Source of the DNA: Patellaria atrata CBS 101060
Taxonomy: Eukaryota
Direction: 5' to 3'
DNA: 64,000 nt
NCBI GenBank assembly: GCA_010093705.1
Contig: MU006090.1
Span: 1,825,817 to 1,889,816, forward strand
A program made the translations under genes and the position numbers. The notes under the pieces were generated by a model that saw only the letters and a program-made list of their open reading frames with translations, was not told the DNA's origin and made no database searches. This document shows positions 49,084 through 64,000 of the stretch, one piece after another. Every line of letters begins with the position of its first letter. The first letter of the stretch is position 1.

Positions 49084-50557
49084 TCAAGTGGTAGCAGATT
49101 CCTCACCCCTCCAATACTTAGTAGGCACGAACGGCATCTTCGTCACCGTCGCCGGCCTCTTCTTTCCCCTCACCACAACCTCCAACTTCGTGCCTGCCTT
49201 GTTCATCCCACTCTTCACATACCCCATCGCGATGAACTTCTTCAGCGTCGGGCTCGGGCATCCGGATGTCACTTTGCCCACCTCGTTCCCCGCCTCGTCG
49301 ACAATCTGTGCCCCCTCCCTCGCCGGCGCACCCTCGACGATGAGGCCAACACGGCGCCTGTCGACGCCCCTCCCACCATCCTTTTTGGGCTTAAGTTGGG
49401 CTAAGATGACTTCGGCGCCGTGGAAGCCGGCTCCCGTGCGTCGGTCCTTGCCGATTATCCAGCTCAGGCCGGCTTCGACGGGGGTGGTCGTGTCGTCCAG
49501 ATCATGGCCATAAAGACATAAGCCGGCCTCCAGACGTAGACTATCGCGGGCTCCGAGACCGGCGAGACGCAGCTTGTCCTCGCCAGCGCTCGCGAGAAGC
49601 GTCTCCACGAGAGCAGTAGCGGCGGAACCGGCGACGGAGATTTCGAAGCCGTCTTCGCCGGTATAGCCGCCGCGGGAGACGAGAACGTTGATGTGGGTGC
49701 CGTCTTTGAGACGGAGGTCGATACCAGTGCATTGGCCGAAGAGTAGGTTGCGGAGGCCTAAGGACCGGTCTGCGATCACGCCTTGGAGGATTTCGGCTGC
49801 GAGCGGTCCTTGTAGGGCGATGAGGCCTTCGTTGTGCTTGACTTCCCAGTTCACCTTCTCGCCCCCTTTATCTTGGAAAACGCGGAGTTCGTCGGCGAAG
49901 TAGCGCGTGTCCTTTGAGCGGCAGCCGGCGTTGGTGACGACGTGGAAGCGGCCGTGGTCGATGCGCGTTATGACAGTGTCGTCAACGATGCCTCCGGTAT
50001 ATGGGTGTAGAAAGGTAGATAGGGTCGATTTGAAGTTCCCTAGAGAGGATATGGAGGAGGGGGTTATGCGTTCGAGGAAGCCGGTTGCGCCGGGACCGGA
50101 AAAGATGTGCTGAACCCTGGATACGTGTTAGTGAATGCGATGAGTGGAGGTGGGAGGTAGAGCTGTACATGTGGCTCACGTCGAAGAGACTTGCTTTCTC
50201 CCGCGTCCAGTTGTGCGAGTCACTTATGCTGAGATCCTTGTATTGGACGGGCATTTGGTAACCTCCAAACGGGACGAACTTTGCACCGTACTTCGCGTGG
50301 AGGTCGTATAAAGGTGTTTTGGCTTGAACTTCTCCTGAGGTTGGAGTTGAGGCATAGCTTCTTCTAATTTGACCTGCATTCCATCTGGTGTTTGAATGCT
50401 GTGTGCTGCTTTGAGACGGTCGTGAAGCGAATGGAACGATATTTCGCTGAGAAGTCGATATTGTTCGACAGATTGTACTCCATTGAGCCTGTCTCCGAGG
50501 CCGTGCAATAGTTTCGAGCTTTGAAATGGGTATACGAAGGTTCCGGCGTGCTGCCAT
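49084..50557 (-). CDS. GCV1: Mitochondrial aminomethyltransferase (glycine cleavage T protein)
   Basis: Arg-rich presequence, [53 protein letters not shown] and VTSGCPSP. Confidence 0.97.
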
Positions 50558-50858
50558 AATTGTCTAGAGGAGGGGTCAAGAGCTCTAATGTCTAGTTAGC
50601 AAAGGCCTATCTCATATTATTGGAACTAAGATTACAATTACGAGTTTTGCTACTAATTCTGCTGATAGTTAGAGACAAATTGAGTTACTATCGAGGTGTA
50701 GCAGGAGAATTTGAGGTCTCGACCCCGCGAGTGAAGTTGTACTGAATCCTAGTCGTTACATCACACACCACCGACCACCCTCTCCATCATCATCAACCCC
50801 GAGACCCCCTGTCGGACACCGATAATTGTCCTGATTCAGACTCAACTTTTAATCCACC

Positions 50859-52269
50859 ATGTCAAAACCAAGCACATACCTCCTAGTCTCCCTCCCGACG
50901 TCAATAGTACCCTCCAACGATAAGGACGAAGCTCTGACAGCTCTCCGAGAAGCTGTCACCAACGACTACGGCACCACACACCCCTTCTCGATACCATCCT
51001 TTAAAATTGGAACGTTGGATGCTCTCGTACAGCAAGCGGATGATTTGGCGAAGCTCGATAGTGCCGCTGAGGGCGTAGTTAATAAGGTGGGAGATTCGTT
51101 ACGAGCTATACTCGAGGGCGACGAGGCGAAGATTGCACAGCAGAAGACTATAAACGATAGTATGACATAGCTCCCCATATCTCTTCAAAAGGGGGGAAGA
51201 GATGCTAATCATCTTCCAGAACCCGTAGACCAATATCTCCGCTCCTTTTCTTGGAATAAAGTCAAATACCGCGCCGACAAACCCATCGCAGACCTGATAA
51301 GTTCCTTGCAAAAAGTAAAAACCCACATCCCCCTCCCAACCTCCTAACACAAAACCCGCGTAGATTTCAGGTCAGCTAACCCCTCCACTCCTCTCCTAGG
51401 AACTCTCCGGCATCGACAACGACGTCAAAGCGAAATTTAACCAATACAACACCTGCAAGACCTCCCTCCTCGCCTCCCAACGCCGCCAAACCGGCAACCT
51501 CAGCACCAAATCCCTCGCCCCCCTCATCGCCCCCAACACCCTCGTCCAAGACTCCGAATACCTCGAAACGCACCTAATCGCGGTCCCCAACGCAGCCGCG
51601 AAGGACTACCTCCGCTCCTACGAGACCCTCTCCCCGATGGTCGTCCCCCGCAGTTCGACTGAAATCGCAAAGGACGACGAGTTCACCCTGTTCGCGGCGA
51701 CGGTGTTCAAGAAACACGGCGCCGAGTTCGTGCACCGCTGTCGCGAGAAGCGCTGGACGCCGCGGGAGTACCGGTACGAGGAGGGCGGGCGGGAGAAGGA
51801 GGCGAAGGAGGTCGACAGCCTGACGAAGGAGGAGCGCAAGCTCTGGGGCGAGGCCCTCCGCATGGGCAATACGGGCTACAGCGAGGCGGGCATGATTTGG
51901 GTCCACGTCATGGCGCTGAGGGTCTTCGTCGAGACCGTCTTGCGGTACGGGTTACCATTAGAGTTTGTGTGCGGACTTGTGCAGGTAAGACGTTACAATC
52001 CCCCAACCGAAAAGAAAACCCCCTTTTCCAGGTTTGGTGATGAAAGTAGGACCACAGCTAATATAACCAAGACGACATCCAAAAACGCCAAAAAGGCCAA
52101 AGCGAGCCTCGACGACCGCTACGACTACCTCGCCGGCAATGCCTTCGGCCGCGACAAGAAAGGCCGCGTGCAGAAGGACGACTCGAGCCTCGCGAATGAC
52201 ATGCAGGCCGCCGGTCACGCCGACCACGAGTATACCGCCTACGTGTACTATGAATTTGAGTTTCAATAG
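50859..52269 (+). CDS. VMA5: V-type ATPase subunit C (4 exons)
   Basis: FKIGTLDALVQQADDLAKLD, FSWNKVKY, TGNLSTKSL, YETLSPMVVPRS, RVFVETVLRYGLP and AYVYYEF. Confidence 0.96.
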
Positions 52270-52733
52270 GGGTTTTTTGTTGCTGGGTGGGAGTGTACAA
52301 CCGCGCTTGCTTTGTTTTTGGAGGATGGAGAGGAGCTGGATTGGCGGTATCTCATGTCTTTGCTGGGGGATGTGTATGTTGAGTTGACTAATGAAATGAG
52401 ACGAGAGGTTGAATGACTGCAATGCTTTCCTCCCTCCCCACTTTGTCGTATTTGCAGTTTCTGTCCCTGTGTACACGGTCTGTATATCTTCGCTGGGCTG
52501 CATAATTTAAAGTATTGATCGCATGCACAGCTCGGGTATTTGTACTGTTGCCTTTGTCGTACGATTTCAAGTTACCCCGTACAGTACAATAGAGTCAAAG
52601 ACGCCTTCAAGACTGCGCGTACAGTACGGTACGACCGGGAACTCGACATAGAACTCAGATAGTCGCATTACCGCCATCTACACCTTCTCCTCTACCACGA
52701 TCCTACCGCAACACCCAAATCCCAAACTCCAAT

Positions 52734-54644
52734 CTACCATCCCCCGCCGATACTACTCGCCAACCCAGCAACCCTCTCGACATCACTGGTCCCCTCTTTC
52801 CCAACCAGACTCTCCACCTTCCTGAAACTGGTGAAAAGAAGATTCTTCGCCTCAACGCCCGTGACGCGCTCCCAATGGCGCAAAATTCCCTTAACATAGC
52901 TTTTCGAAACCCCATTAACAACATCAGACTCATCGACCATTTCCGTATCTACACCACTGGCCATCTGGTCTGGCTCGTCTTCCTCCTCGTCAGATGATAA
53001 TGAAGAAGAAGAAGCCTCACCAGCGCTGAAATACGCCTCATTTACCCTCCCAAGCCAACTCCTCTGCTCCCCCGGCGTCCGTCGCATAGTCCCCATCCCC
53101 TCCGCCCCACTCTCCCCCTCCACGACATCACCCGCCTTGATCTGGCCCCCTCCATTCGTACAGCCACCGGGACAAGCCATGACCTCCACATATGCATACT
53201 CACCCCCCCCCCTTTTTTCCCCGGATTCCTTCATAGCGCCATTAGGCCGCCTAACCGCACCCGGCCGGGCGCCAGGCATGCGCGACTTCTTCGCCGGCTT
53301 GAGCCGCCGAACCAGATTCTGGATATTGCGGAAGCCGTAATACCTTGCCATTTTGACCACCACTTTCCCGGTCGCGGGGTAAGAAAGAGTATACTCAACC
53401 ACGTCGGCGTTACGGCCGCGGGAGATGCTGATTTCGGAGCCCGGGTGCGCGGCGCGGTAGGTGTGGAGGATGTGGTGGAGGTACCCGCCGCTGGTGCCGG
53501 CGGGGGGTGTTTGTTGCGCTGGTCTGTGAGCACGCCCTTTGGGGAAGAGGAAGGCGTTGAGGGGTGAGTCTGGAAAGGGTGTTGTTTGACGGGGCGGGGT
53601 GCGTGGGAGGGAGGAGAAGGGGATGCCGCGGCTGGAGGCGAGGAGGAGAAGTTCGCGGGCTGTGATTACGCAGTCGACGTCGCGGACGTCCGCGTCGAGA
53701 TCTGTGCTCGCGCGATCGGGAAGCCAGGAGGAAGAAGTAAGTTCGCTTCGACTGGCCTCAAGCTTCTTGTCGAAGCAGGGCATGATGGCGAGATGCCAGA
53801 TTTGGGAAGGGGGAATGTTGTATTTGCGATTGAGTACGGATTTGATGAGTGTCCCAGTGAGAGCCTGCGGACTCTTTAGACGAGAGATGTGGGGGAGGAC
53901 GTAGGGATGTGTCTTTTCAGCGTAGCAAATCCAGCCGGGACAGGCGCTCGTGAGGATAGGTTTGATTGGTATTGTGGATATGGAACCTTCTTCTCCTTCA
54001 GCGGCAGCTTGGGGACGTTCGAGAGCAGATATCACTTCCTCTGCTGCGGCGACTAAGGCCGCTTCTCGTGCGACGTTGGTGTCGATCACCCATGTGAATG
54101 AGCTCTTGTGTCGTCCACCACTCGACAAACCGTTCGTCCCGCTAAGCAGCTGTGCTATCATGTTCCCCGCCTCTCGCTCCGAGATATTAAACATCGCAGC
54201 TATACTAGCCCGAGACTGAGGGCTCACGCTCGCCACAAAGATCTTTCCATCTGATGTCGCTCCATTGCCTCCATTGGCCTGTCCACCATCTACCCATGGT
54301 GGAACAAGAGACGGATATGCATCCAAAGTATTCAGCACCTCCGAATGTGATTGTAGAGAGACGAGGACGGCTTCGGCAGATGTGACGCAGCCCGAGCAGG
54401 CGAGACAGTCTGTCAGGCTGATTTGAGCAGGAGGGGCGGTAGAGGCGTGGACTTTATCTTCGGTTGTGACCTCGTAGGGATTCTGCATAGAATCGAGTCA
54501 GTCAAGGGGGTAAAAGGAGTTTCCAAAAGACCCGACCCATACCTCATTTATCTGTTCCTTGGGTAACGTCTCAATCGGTTTTATACACGCGACACCGGGG
54601 GATATGAAGTCATTGAGGTCATCGGCGGACAGTATAGCACTCAT
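52734..54644 (-). CDS. NAR1: Cytosolic Fe-S cluster assembly factor Nar1 (hydrogenase-like)
   Basis: [84 protein letters not shown] and C-terminal Trp. Confidence 0.97.
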
Positions 54645-55052
54645 CCTTTCCCCGAAAGTAAAATCAAAAATGTAAAAAGTTTCGAAATCTACCGTAGTTT
54701 TAATCACACAGCGCCAACGCCCCAGAAGATCTTGAAAGAAGAAAGAAAGGAGTCGATAACCTCGTACAAATACAGTAAAATGCGCGGGAAATAAAAATCA
54801 TGATAAAAGCATGTGCTCCGGCTAAGGCGACTTCGGTCCCCTCCTTAAAAAATTGATGATTAATCCTTATCGATAACGGTAATTCTTCCCCCCACCCCCT
54901 CCCCCCTTTCCTCACACCGCCTTGCAGAAAAAGAAGCTCATTGTTTCGTCCGATCAAAGCTTCAATCCTCTCCCACCACAAACCACTCCACTACTAACTC
55001 ACCACCTATACCTCCAACTCCAAACTCCTCCAAACCCCCACAACAAAGAAAA

Positions 55053-55442
55053 ATGTCCTCAACACCCTACACTGGCCCCTCCTCCTCCAACCCCACCGGC
55101 ACCGGGACGACCTACAACATGACAACCGCAACCTCCTACGAAGACACCTCTCGACCAGTTCAATACGCCTGCGGCGACTGCGACGCCAAGGTGACGCTGA
55201 AGATGGGCGACGCGATCAGGTGCAAGGAGTGCGGACACCGCGTCCTTTACAAGGAGAGGACGAACAGGTATGTCTTTGTTAGGTTTTTGAGATTTGGGGA
55301 TGGGGTTTTTGGGTTTGGGTTTGGGTGAGGTAGAGGTTGAGGTAGAGGTTGATGGAGGGGGGGTATGGGGTTTATAGTATATGTGGGATTTATGGCTGAC
55401 ATCTGTGTGTTTTGTAGGATGGTGCAGTTCGAGGCGCGATAG
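55053..55442 (+). CDS. RPB12: RNA polymerase I/II/III shared subunit Rpb12 (ABC10-alpha)
   Basis: YACGDCDAKVTLKMGDAIRCKECGHRVLYKERTN|RMVQFEAR*. Intron at about 55268-55417. Confidence 0.96.
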
Positions 55443-56089
55443 GCCGGGATACCGAGAGTGGGATAAAATCACGCATACGAGGGAGATGTGTCAATTTAGA
55501 GAGACGTCAAAAGGTGCTGTCGACGGTCTATGCGCTGCATACATCTCAGAACAGAGTATCTTCTCGGGAAGAAAGAAAATCGAGTGGACATGGATCAAGC
55601 GCTTCTCACAATGAAGGGTGCAATTTCTCTTCCAGCATAGGAGTTTAGGAGCTTATAGTCACAAGATTACAGAATCATATACCCATTTCAAGCGCTCATA
55701 TTGTATTCATAAACTCGCCATGCAAGTAGCTATGACTGATCTACCAACTTACTATGCTCCATTTCACTTCCGGTGCCCCAAACGCCACAAATGAGATCTC
55801 ACCCTAATAGTTCAGCATGCTGGGGAAATAATTGCTCGATGAGAACGAGAGATGTAAATTCCGATTGCAGAGTCAGGTCGGTAAAACCGGGATGTTATGA
55901 AAGCATATGGGAGTTGGAACAAAGCGCAAGACTTAGGAGGTAATCGGTCAATTGAGCGGTTCGGTACCCGCCGCAATTATAGACTGACTTCTTCGCATAA
56001 GTGTAATCATGATGTAGGTCTGTAAAGGAAAGTTATCCTTATACTGGTCCAAATCGACCAGTCAAGAGCCACGTGGTCTTGGCATATAT

Positions 56090-58232
<2,143 letters not shown>

Positions 58233-60174
58233 GAGCTCTCTGGAGAGCGAGCCGCAATGGTTTTGGTGTTTATCGCTGGTCTTCTGATAGAGGGGTGATC
58301 GAAGGGGGCTGAGGAAACTGGCACGACTGAGTTAGTATCTGAAGTCGGTGGAGCTAAAAAATGTTAGGAGAAGCGAAAGGGGACGTGCTCCTTCAAGGAA
58401 AGGCTAGAAAGTAGAAAGAGGGCGGGGATGGCCGAAACAACAAAGCAACACAACGCACCTCTAGACTGTAACACACTTAGATTGACATGAATGGATAGAA
58501 CAGGGGCTTGAAGAGTTGAGTAACTCAGCAGCGAGCCCTAACTTTGCATGTAATCGGATGAAGGAGTTGGAACTTCAAAGTATTCTGGATGTCGTGGATG
58601 CCAAGAAGGATCAAGTTGCTGTACAGTAAGCCGGTACCTTAAAACCCTTGCGGGGCAACAATAAGGGCAAAGCTATAAGAGAGCCACATAATTAGGTATC
58701 CTTCTACCTTAGTAGTGGTACAATCGTAACTATCTATATCTCCATCTATACTATGTCTAAATCTCAATACGACTTGACATTTCGCGCTAGCGTAACTTGC
58801 AATCTTCTACAGCAGACACTTCTATCACACGTTTCCCATCACGTACAGCACAGTACTGTATTCGGAGCGTCGGTACCTTGAGATGACACCGGGGCAAGCG
58901 GGTACACGTACAGCGAGTCGGAGTACAAGTACCACGGTAAGGGAATAATGGAAAGGCAAGGGACAATTGGGCCGCTTAAGCCTCCCTGATCGGCACAGTA
59001 TACGGCATATTATCTCCCTTATAGCTGATCGTAATAGGCTCGTATTTCATGTGATAGCCAGGGGAGATGTTACGAAGCTTATTCGCACAGTTGGAACTTC
59101 AATAACAAATAGATGTAACACTTCAATCCGGTAGGCCAAGCACACAGCGTCCGAGTACGAATCGTACTCACTTTGGTGTTTTCGACATACTGCCAAGTGC
59201 AGTTTAAGAGTCCTGGACCAGACAAAGTGGTCGAAACGCTCCGTTGATGAAGTCGCTAATTATCATGGTAGAATTTCATAGGGTGCTTCTAGCAATCGGA
59301 AGTTTTCATGAATGTGACGGTCTTGCGTCTAAGCGCGAAATCTCTATGGAGCAGAGATGTGACGACCTGCTTAAAGGCGCGTATCTCACGGTTGGCGTGT
59401 ACCAGTCAGAATCCCGTTGTATGTCGCCAACATATCGTCGTGTATCAAATACACCCAATCCAATACGGAATTCAGAAATTTGAGTTTGACCTAAAGATGC
59501 AGTACTATCGTAGATGGTCGGCGTGGACACAGATAATATTTTCATCTATCAACTCCTATCCAAAAAGAACAGCTCTGAAGCTTTTATGTGTCCTGATTCA
59601 ACAAGCCTACCCAGTTGCCTGCGCATACACTTGTTTTACAACGCCAGTGCCAACTCTTTCCTCATCCAAAAAAAAAATTAAAAAAAAAAAAATAATTCGA
59701 ACCTGTCCCTCTTCTCCTTCCTCTAGTAACGTTCCGGCATTATTGGTCCCTAATCGTGGTCCCTAATCGCTTCGGGCGCTGTTAACATTAAAGCCCATAT
59801 TTTCTTCCAAAGAGAGTAATTCAACCGCCATGCGCCTCGCTTACATGGGACAAATACAAGAACCTGGAAAGCAACGCTAATAGAAAAGGTAAGAAGTAAA
59901 ATGAAAGTAAGAAGTTATTAAGATTAATAAGAGTAAAGTATTGTTGGTGCTTTAATAATAGATGCAGTAGCAGACGAGTTTTGAAGGTGATGTACCAGGA
60001 GGAATTTCCTAATCTTTGGCTACGATATAACAAGGTCGTAAATAGTCGTAAGGTAAAAGGGACTAGTATGGGTACTAGTCGGCTCACATCGAAGGAGTCG
60101 GGGTATATACAACAATAAAAGAAAAAATAAATGTTATGATCCAAAAAGCAAAGTAGCCGCACATGGCAGACTTC

Positions 60175-62551
60175 TTAATGCTTGAAATCGCCTGGGCCTG
60201 CGTTCGCAAAGTGATAGACTTTAGGTCTATTATCCTGGATTTTCATAGGTGTTGCTTTCGATCCTGAGCCGTTGGGTGGGGAATATTCATACACTTGGAG
60301 ATCTGGTGGGGAAGTAAAATTGCTCATCGCAGGATTCATAGGGTTGTGAAGAGGTTGCGGAGGTGGGAACATCTGCTGGTGAGGTATTCCTTGCATACCA
60401 TCCGGCTTGAACTGTACTGGATAAGACATCTGTAGATCTCCAGCAGAAGTAACCATGGGCATGGCGTAAGCGGCCTCAGGAAGCATACTAGGTGCAACAG
60501 AGACGTCTTGTAATGACGGTCTACGAAAATTCTCATCATGATTATCCATTGCCGGATATCCTGTCACCGGTATTTGCTCGACTATGGGTTGGGAATGAGT
60601 TGGAAAAGCTGTTCTTGGGAAGTTCTGTTGCGTTGCTGGTGCTGATTGCGGGGGAGTGTCACGGAATATAGGCTGGTTAACAAACCGAGGACGACCTGGA
60701 GCGACCTGATTCTGGTCCAGAGGCGTGCCTGGTGGAGGAGTATTACTATAAAACAATCCGCCATCCAACGCTGGTGGATCACAGGACCAAGTTACCGGTA
60801 GGCTTTCAGGCGTTGAATGTTCTGGTCCGTGGATTGGTGCTTTAACACCACTTGGTTGCCAGGGAGGGAAGCGTTGCAATTCATTAGGAGTGAGTGGCGT
60901 CGGAGGAGCAAGACTTCCGTTACCAGCTGATAATCCGGGTGTCGTTACAGTAAAAGATCCGGAAGCATGACGCGCAAATTTGGGAGAATTAGCAGCCTCA
61001 GTAAAAGATGCAATGAGTGGCGATCTCTGTGTAGATCCAGAGTTGACTTTCTGTATCCGATTAAATCCCGTAGATCTAATACGGCGTAGAGTCTGATCTG
61101 GATTGAAATTTGAATGACTGGTGCCAGGAGAAGGCATCCCACTGCTGTATGAGGCACTTCTGAGAGCAGCAGCGCCTAAAGCAGGAGGACGTGGTCGGTG
61201 CCTACGAGTAGCAATGCTAGAAGACATGTTTGATGCAGCACTCGGATGCTTGAACTGGCCATCTGCGGATTTCTGCGACTGAATGCCAACATGACTCATC
61301 GAATCAGCAAGAGCACTGGTAGACGAATTACGACGGGAATATGTAGCAGAAGGAAATTCTAAATTCTGGTCGAATTCGGAATGTCTCAAGTTCGCAAAGG
61401 CCGAATCACCTCGTTCCGGCACAGAAGAATTTACAGAAACGGTGGATAGATTACTGTGGTTGTACACCTCTGGGCTCTGGTAAAAACCGTTTATTGAGTG
61501 ATTCTGTTGCCATAAAGCTGCGGCATTGAGGGGGGAAGAAGTCTGTGGAATCTGATCAAGAGGCCCAATAGACTCATCCATGTTCTCTTGTTTGTAGGAA
61601 GGAGGAAACTGATCATTGTTCTTTTCCTCGGTCCAACCTGAATATACAGATGTTAATGCTGACATCCCTTCTACTCCTGTCGAAGATTGAGAAGTCGAAA
61701 TCGAACGGGTGCCAGAGAATGGAGAATGGTCCGATGAGATTGATCCGTGAGTTTGCACGGGTTGCATGGAGCTTGAAGTATTCGCACTCATCCCGTCAGA
61801 GTCCATTACTGGTAGTCCGTTAGGCACGGGAGAGAAAGTTCCGTTGCCATTAAAGTCCAAGGAGTTTGTGAACTGAACTTCTCCTCCAAAGTTTTGTTGT
61901 GGACCAGATGTTTCAAATCCTTGATACTTTTCGAGAGGTTGAGTTGATTTCGTGCTAGGTTGTTGAATATCGTAGCCAGCGTTGACTAACGAATGGAACA
62001 ATGTTTGCATTGAAGCGGGTTGTGTAGTCTCGTTAATGGAGTCCAACACGGAATTGTACTCGTGCTGTATCTGTGGCTGTACCGCCATCATATCAGGTGT
62101 TGGAGTCATCTCTATACTTTCAACTAGTATACTAGATGGCGAAACGTCTGTAGCAGATGTGTAAAAGTCATGGGGTATGGAAAGCGGGACGACCGGAGGG
62201 GGGTCGAATTGCGTATGAACAGGCACAGCTTGATGGCCAAGCATCATCGAATTTTGGAACATCGTATACGCGTTCATCGACTTCTTGAAGTCTTGCTTGA
62301 CCTTCGCGCGTCGGTTTTGGAACCAATTCTATACAACGCGCATCAGTTTGACTGCCCCGACAACGAAAGTGAATACTCACGTTGATTTTGTCCAAAGGAA
62401 CGCCCAATGTCTCCGCAAATCCTTTCTTTGTATTAGTGTTCGGCTTATGTTGTTGCTGAAAATGCGCTTCCAGTATATCATGTTGCTCCTTGGTCAGGCG
62501 AGGCTTCACATCGACAGACATTGCTGTCTGCTGCGGCCGTGACTCCGACAT
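60175..62551 (-). CDS. Homeobox transcription factor, HbxA/Htf1(Hox2)/Phx1-like
   Basis: KPRLTKEQHDILEAHFQQQHKPNTNTKKGFAETLGVPLDKIN|NWFQNRRAKVKQ. Downstream motifs IATRRHRPRPPALG, LRRIRS, APPTPLTP and TPPQSAPA. Confidence 0.88.
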
Positions 62552-63541
62552 CTGCTCTGAAGAGATGAAAAGAATATTCCGTCGAGATGTCTGATCAAGT
62601 TCGTATCCGGCTGGTCGGTGGCATATGTAAATAGGTGGATGCTTATAAGAATGGTTGATAATTGCTCGTTTTCCCCTAACCAGCGACAAGAGCAACAGGA
62701 ATCGGTGGAAGCAAGAAGCAAGCTTGTTAGGCGAGAGGTCAGCTTTCTAGCAAGAGTGTCCAGGGCTATGGGAAAAGATTCCGAGTAGAAACGAGTGACT
62801 TGAGTTAGCATAAGCTAGATGGGAAAGATGCAAAGAAAGAGTAGCGATCGAAAGTAAAGCCGTCGGTGGATAAAGTGAGGGAAAGGATAGCGCAACTGGG
62901 GAGAGGGAGCGAAGAGGTCAAGGAGACGACAAGGACTGATGGTGGTTCAGGCGCGGGTGATCCCAGCGGCTACGAACTTGTACTTGAACACAAGCGACCC
63001 GGAAACCTAGTGCTTGTTCCTAAAGCCGCGGAGAGGCTGCCGAAGAGACGGGGCAGCGAATGTTTGGGGGGTACAAAATACGGGGGCACTGGCAAGTGGC
63101 AGCACAGCGAGCGAGTACACTGTCAACCGACGAAGGGACTGTTAGCCCAAGGGGCAGCATGATTTTGGGGGGGGTTCTGGGGGGTTATGGGGGGGGATAA
63201 TTGGGGGTTCGACGGTGGGTCATCAGGCTGGCATTCTGGCTCTCAGCATTTTTGGTGGAGACGAAGGCGGTGCTGAAGACAAGCGTGACAAGGACAAGGC
63301 GAAACAGGGGCACCCGGTCCATCATTGGAGAATGAGGTCGCTAAGAGAAGTCGGGGTTGGAAAGTGGTAGGGAAGTGCACTTGGATGACCAGTTGATTGG
63401 CTAAATCTGTGTGGCTATTGACTAGGGGTCAAGTTGATCATGCATAACTTTTTGCATTATTATTATTTCGATGGGGAGGGTAAGAGCTGCGACCAGCTGC
63501 ACCTGCCTGCTTGTGCTAAGAATAATATCAAATTCTGTACT

Positions 63542-64000
63542 TTAACTCGATTCATAACCCCCTTCTCGTCTGACAGCAGCCCCCCACCTCGCCTAGGAGG
63601 ATTGATGCTAAGGTAGCAATATCAGACCTATCGTCATATCTCGTGAGGTTTTTCGACTTGACGAGGATGTCCCCTTCAAGCGAAGGGCTGAAGGAATTCC
63701 TGAACAAAAAGGTCATCTGCTTTCAGTCATCATAAAGGGATGGAATTGCGGGATCATCGATAACGCCCGACATCTGAACGTCTCTCGGCCTTTTCGGGGG
63801 CGGCGGGATACTAAAAGGATCCCCAAAGCCAAAAAGTTCACGATATCGACTTTCATTGGTCCGTTGTGGAACTCTGAACACAGTACCAGCACAGATCTGG
63901 AGATCAGCACGAAGCTTGACCTGTGGAAAAAGAGCCACTATCCTTTTTTGAATCTTAATCCAGAACCGTTTCTCTTCCCTTTTCTACGCGAGCCACGTTG
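63542..64000 (-). pseudogene. Possible degraded coding fragment running off the right edge
   Basis: A single frame is open for about 150 codons apart from TAG (63986-63984) and TGA (63725-63723). No recognisable domain. Confidence 0.25.

Noticed and set aside
19365..54644. RLI1 (Fe-S client) and NAR1 (CIA factor) as a functional cluster
   Set aside because: They are over 30 kb apart with many unrelated genes between them, so co-location is likely chance.
62552..62750. Open in-frame stretch upstream of the homeobox ATG (non-AUG extension)
   Set aside because: About 65 open codons of unremarkable sequence can occur by chance, and there is no supporting context.

Overview
Gene-dense eukaryotic DNA from a filamentous ascomycete (Pezizomycotina, probably Dothideomycetes). 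Introns are short GT-AG type with CTRAC/CTAAY branch points, and the genetic code is standard. There are about 23 apparently intact protein genes, mostly conserved housekeeping loci: CTF1-beta/FarB-type Zn2Cys6 factor, GH5 mannanase-like enzyme, peroxisomal acyl-CoA dehydrogenase, IML2, SEM1, PGK1, Mpv17/PMP22 family, TRS65, PRP40, RLI1/ABCE1, SIT4, a DENN protein, BCD1, MDM1/SNX, GCV1, VMA5, NAR1, RPB12, CBK1/COT-1 and an HbxA/Htf1-type homeobox factor. Two accessory patches (about 22-28 kb and 34.9-37.3 kb) hold lineage-specific genes, two TA-flanked MITE-like elements, a TpA-rich relic and a kinase pseudogene with C-to-T stops. Signals missing from the ORF track: (1) a candidate SRP RNA gene at about 37.4-37.7 kb on the minus strand; (2) a stop-readthrough extension of PGK1 ending in the PTS1 tripeptide AKL; (3) a 71-codon, AUG-less, protein-like +1 frame that starts inside the stop codon of the ribosome-recycling factor RLI1; (4) a strongly intergenic-enriched palindrome TAC(A/T)GTA and repeated C-rich to G-rich skew switches. 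All gene names come from recognising motifs by eye; no database searches were run.
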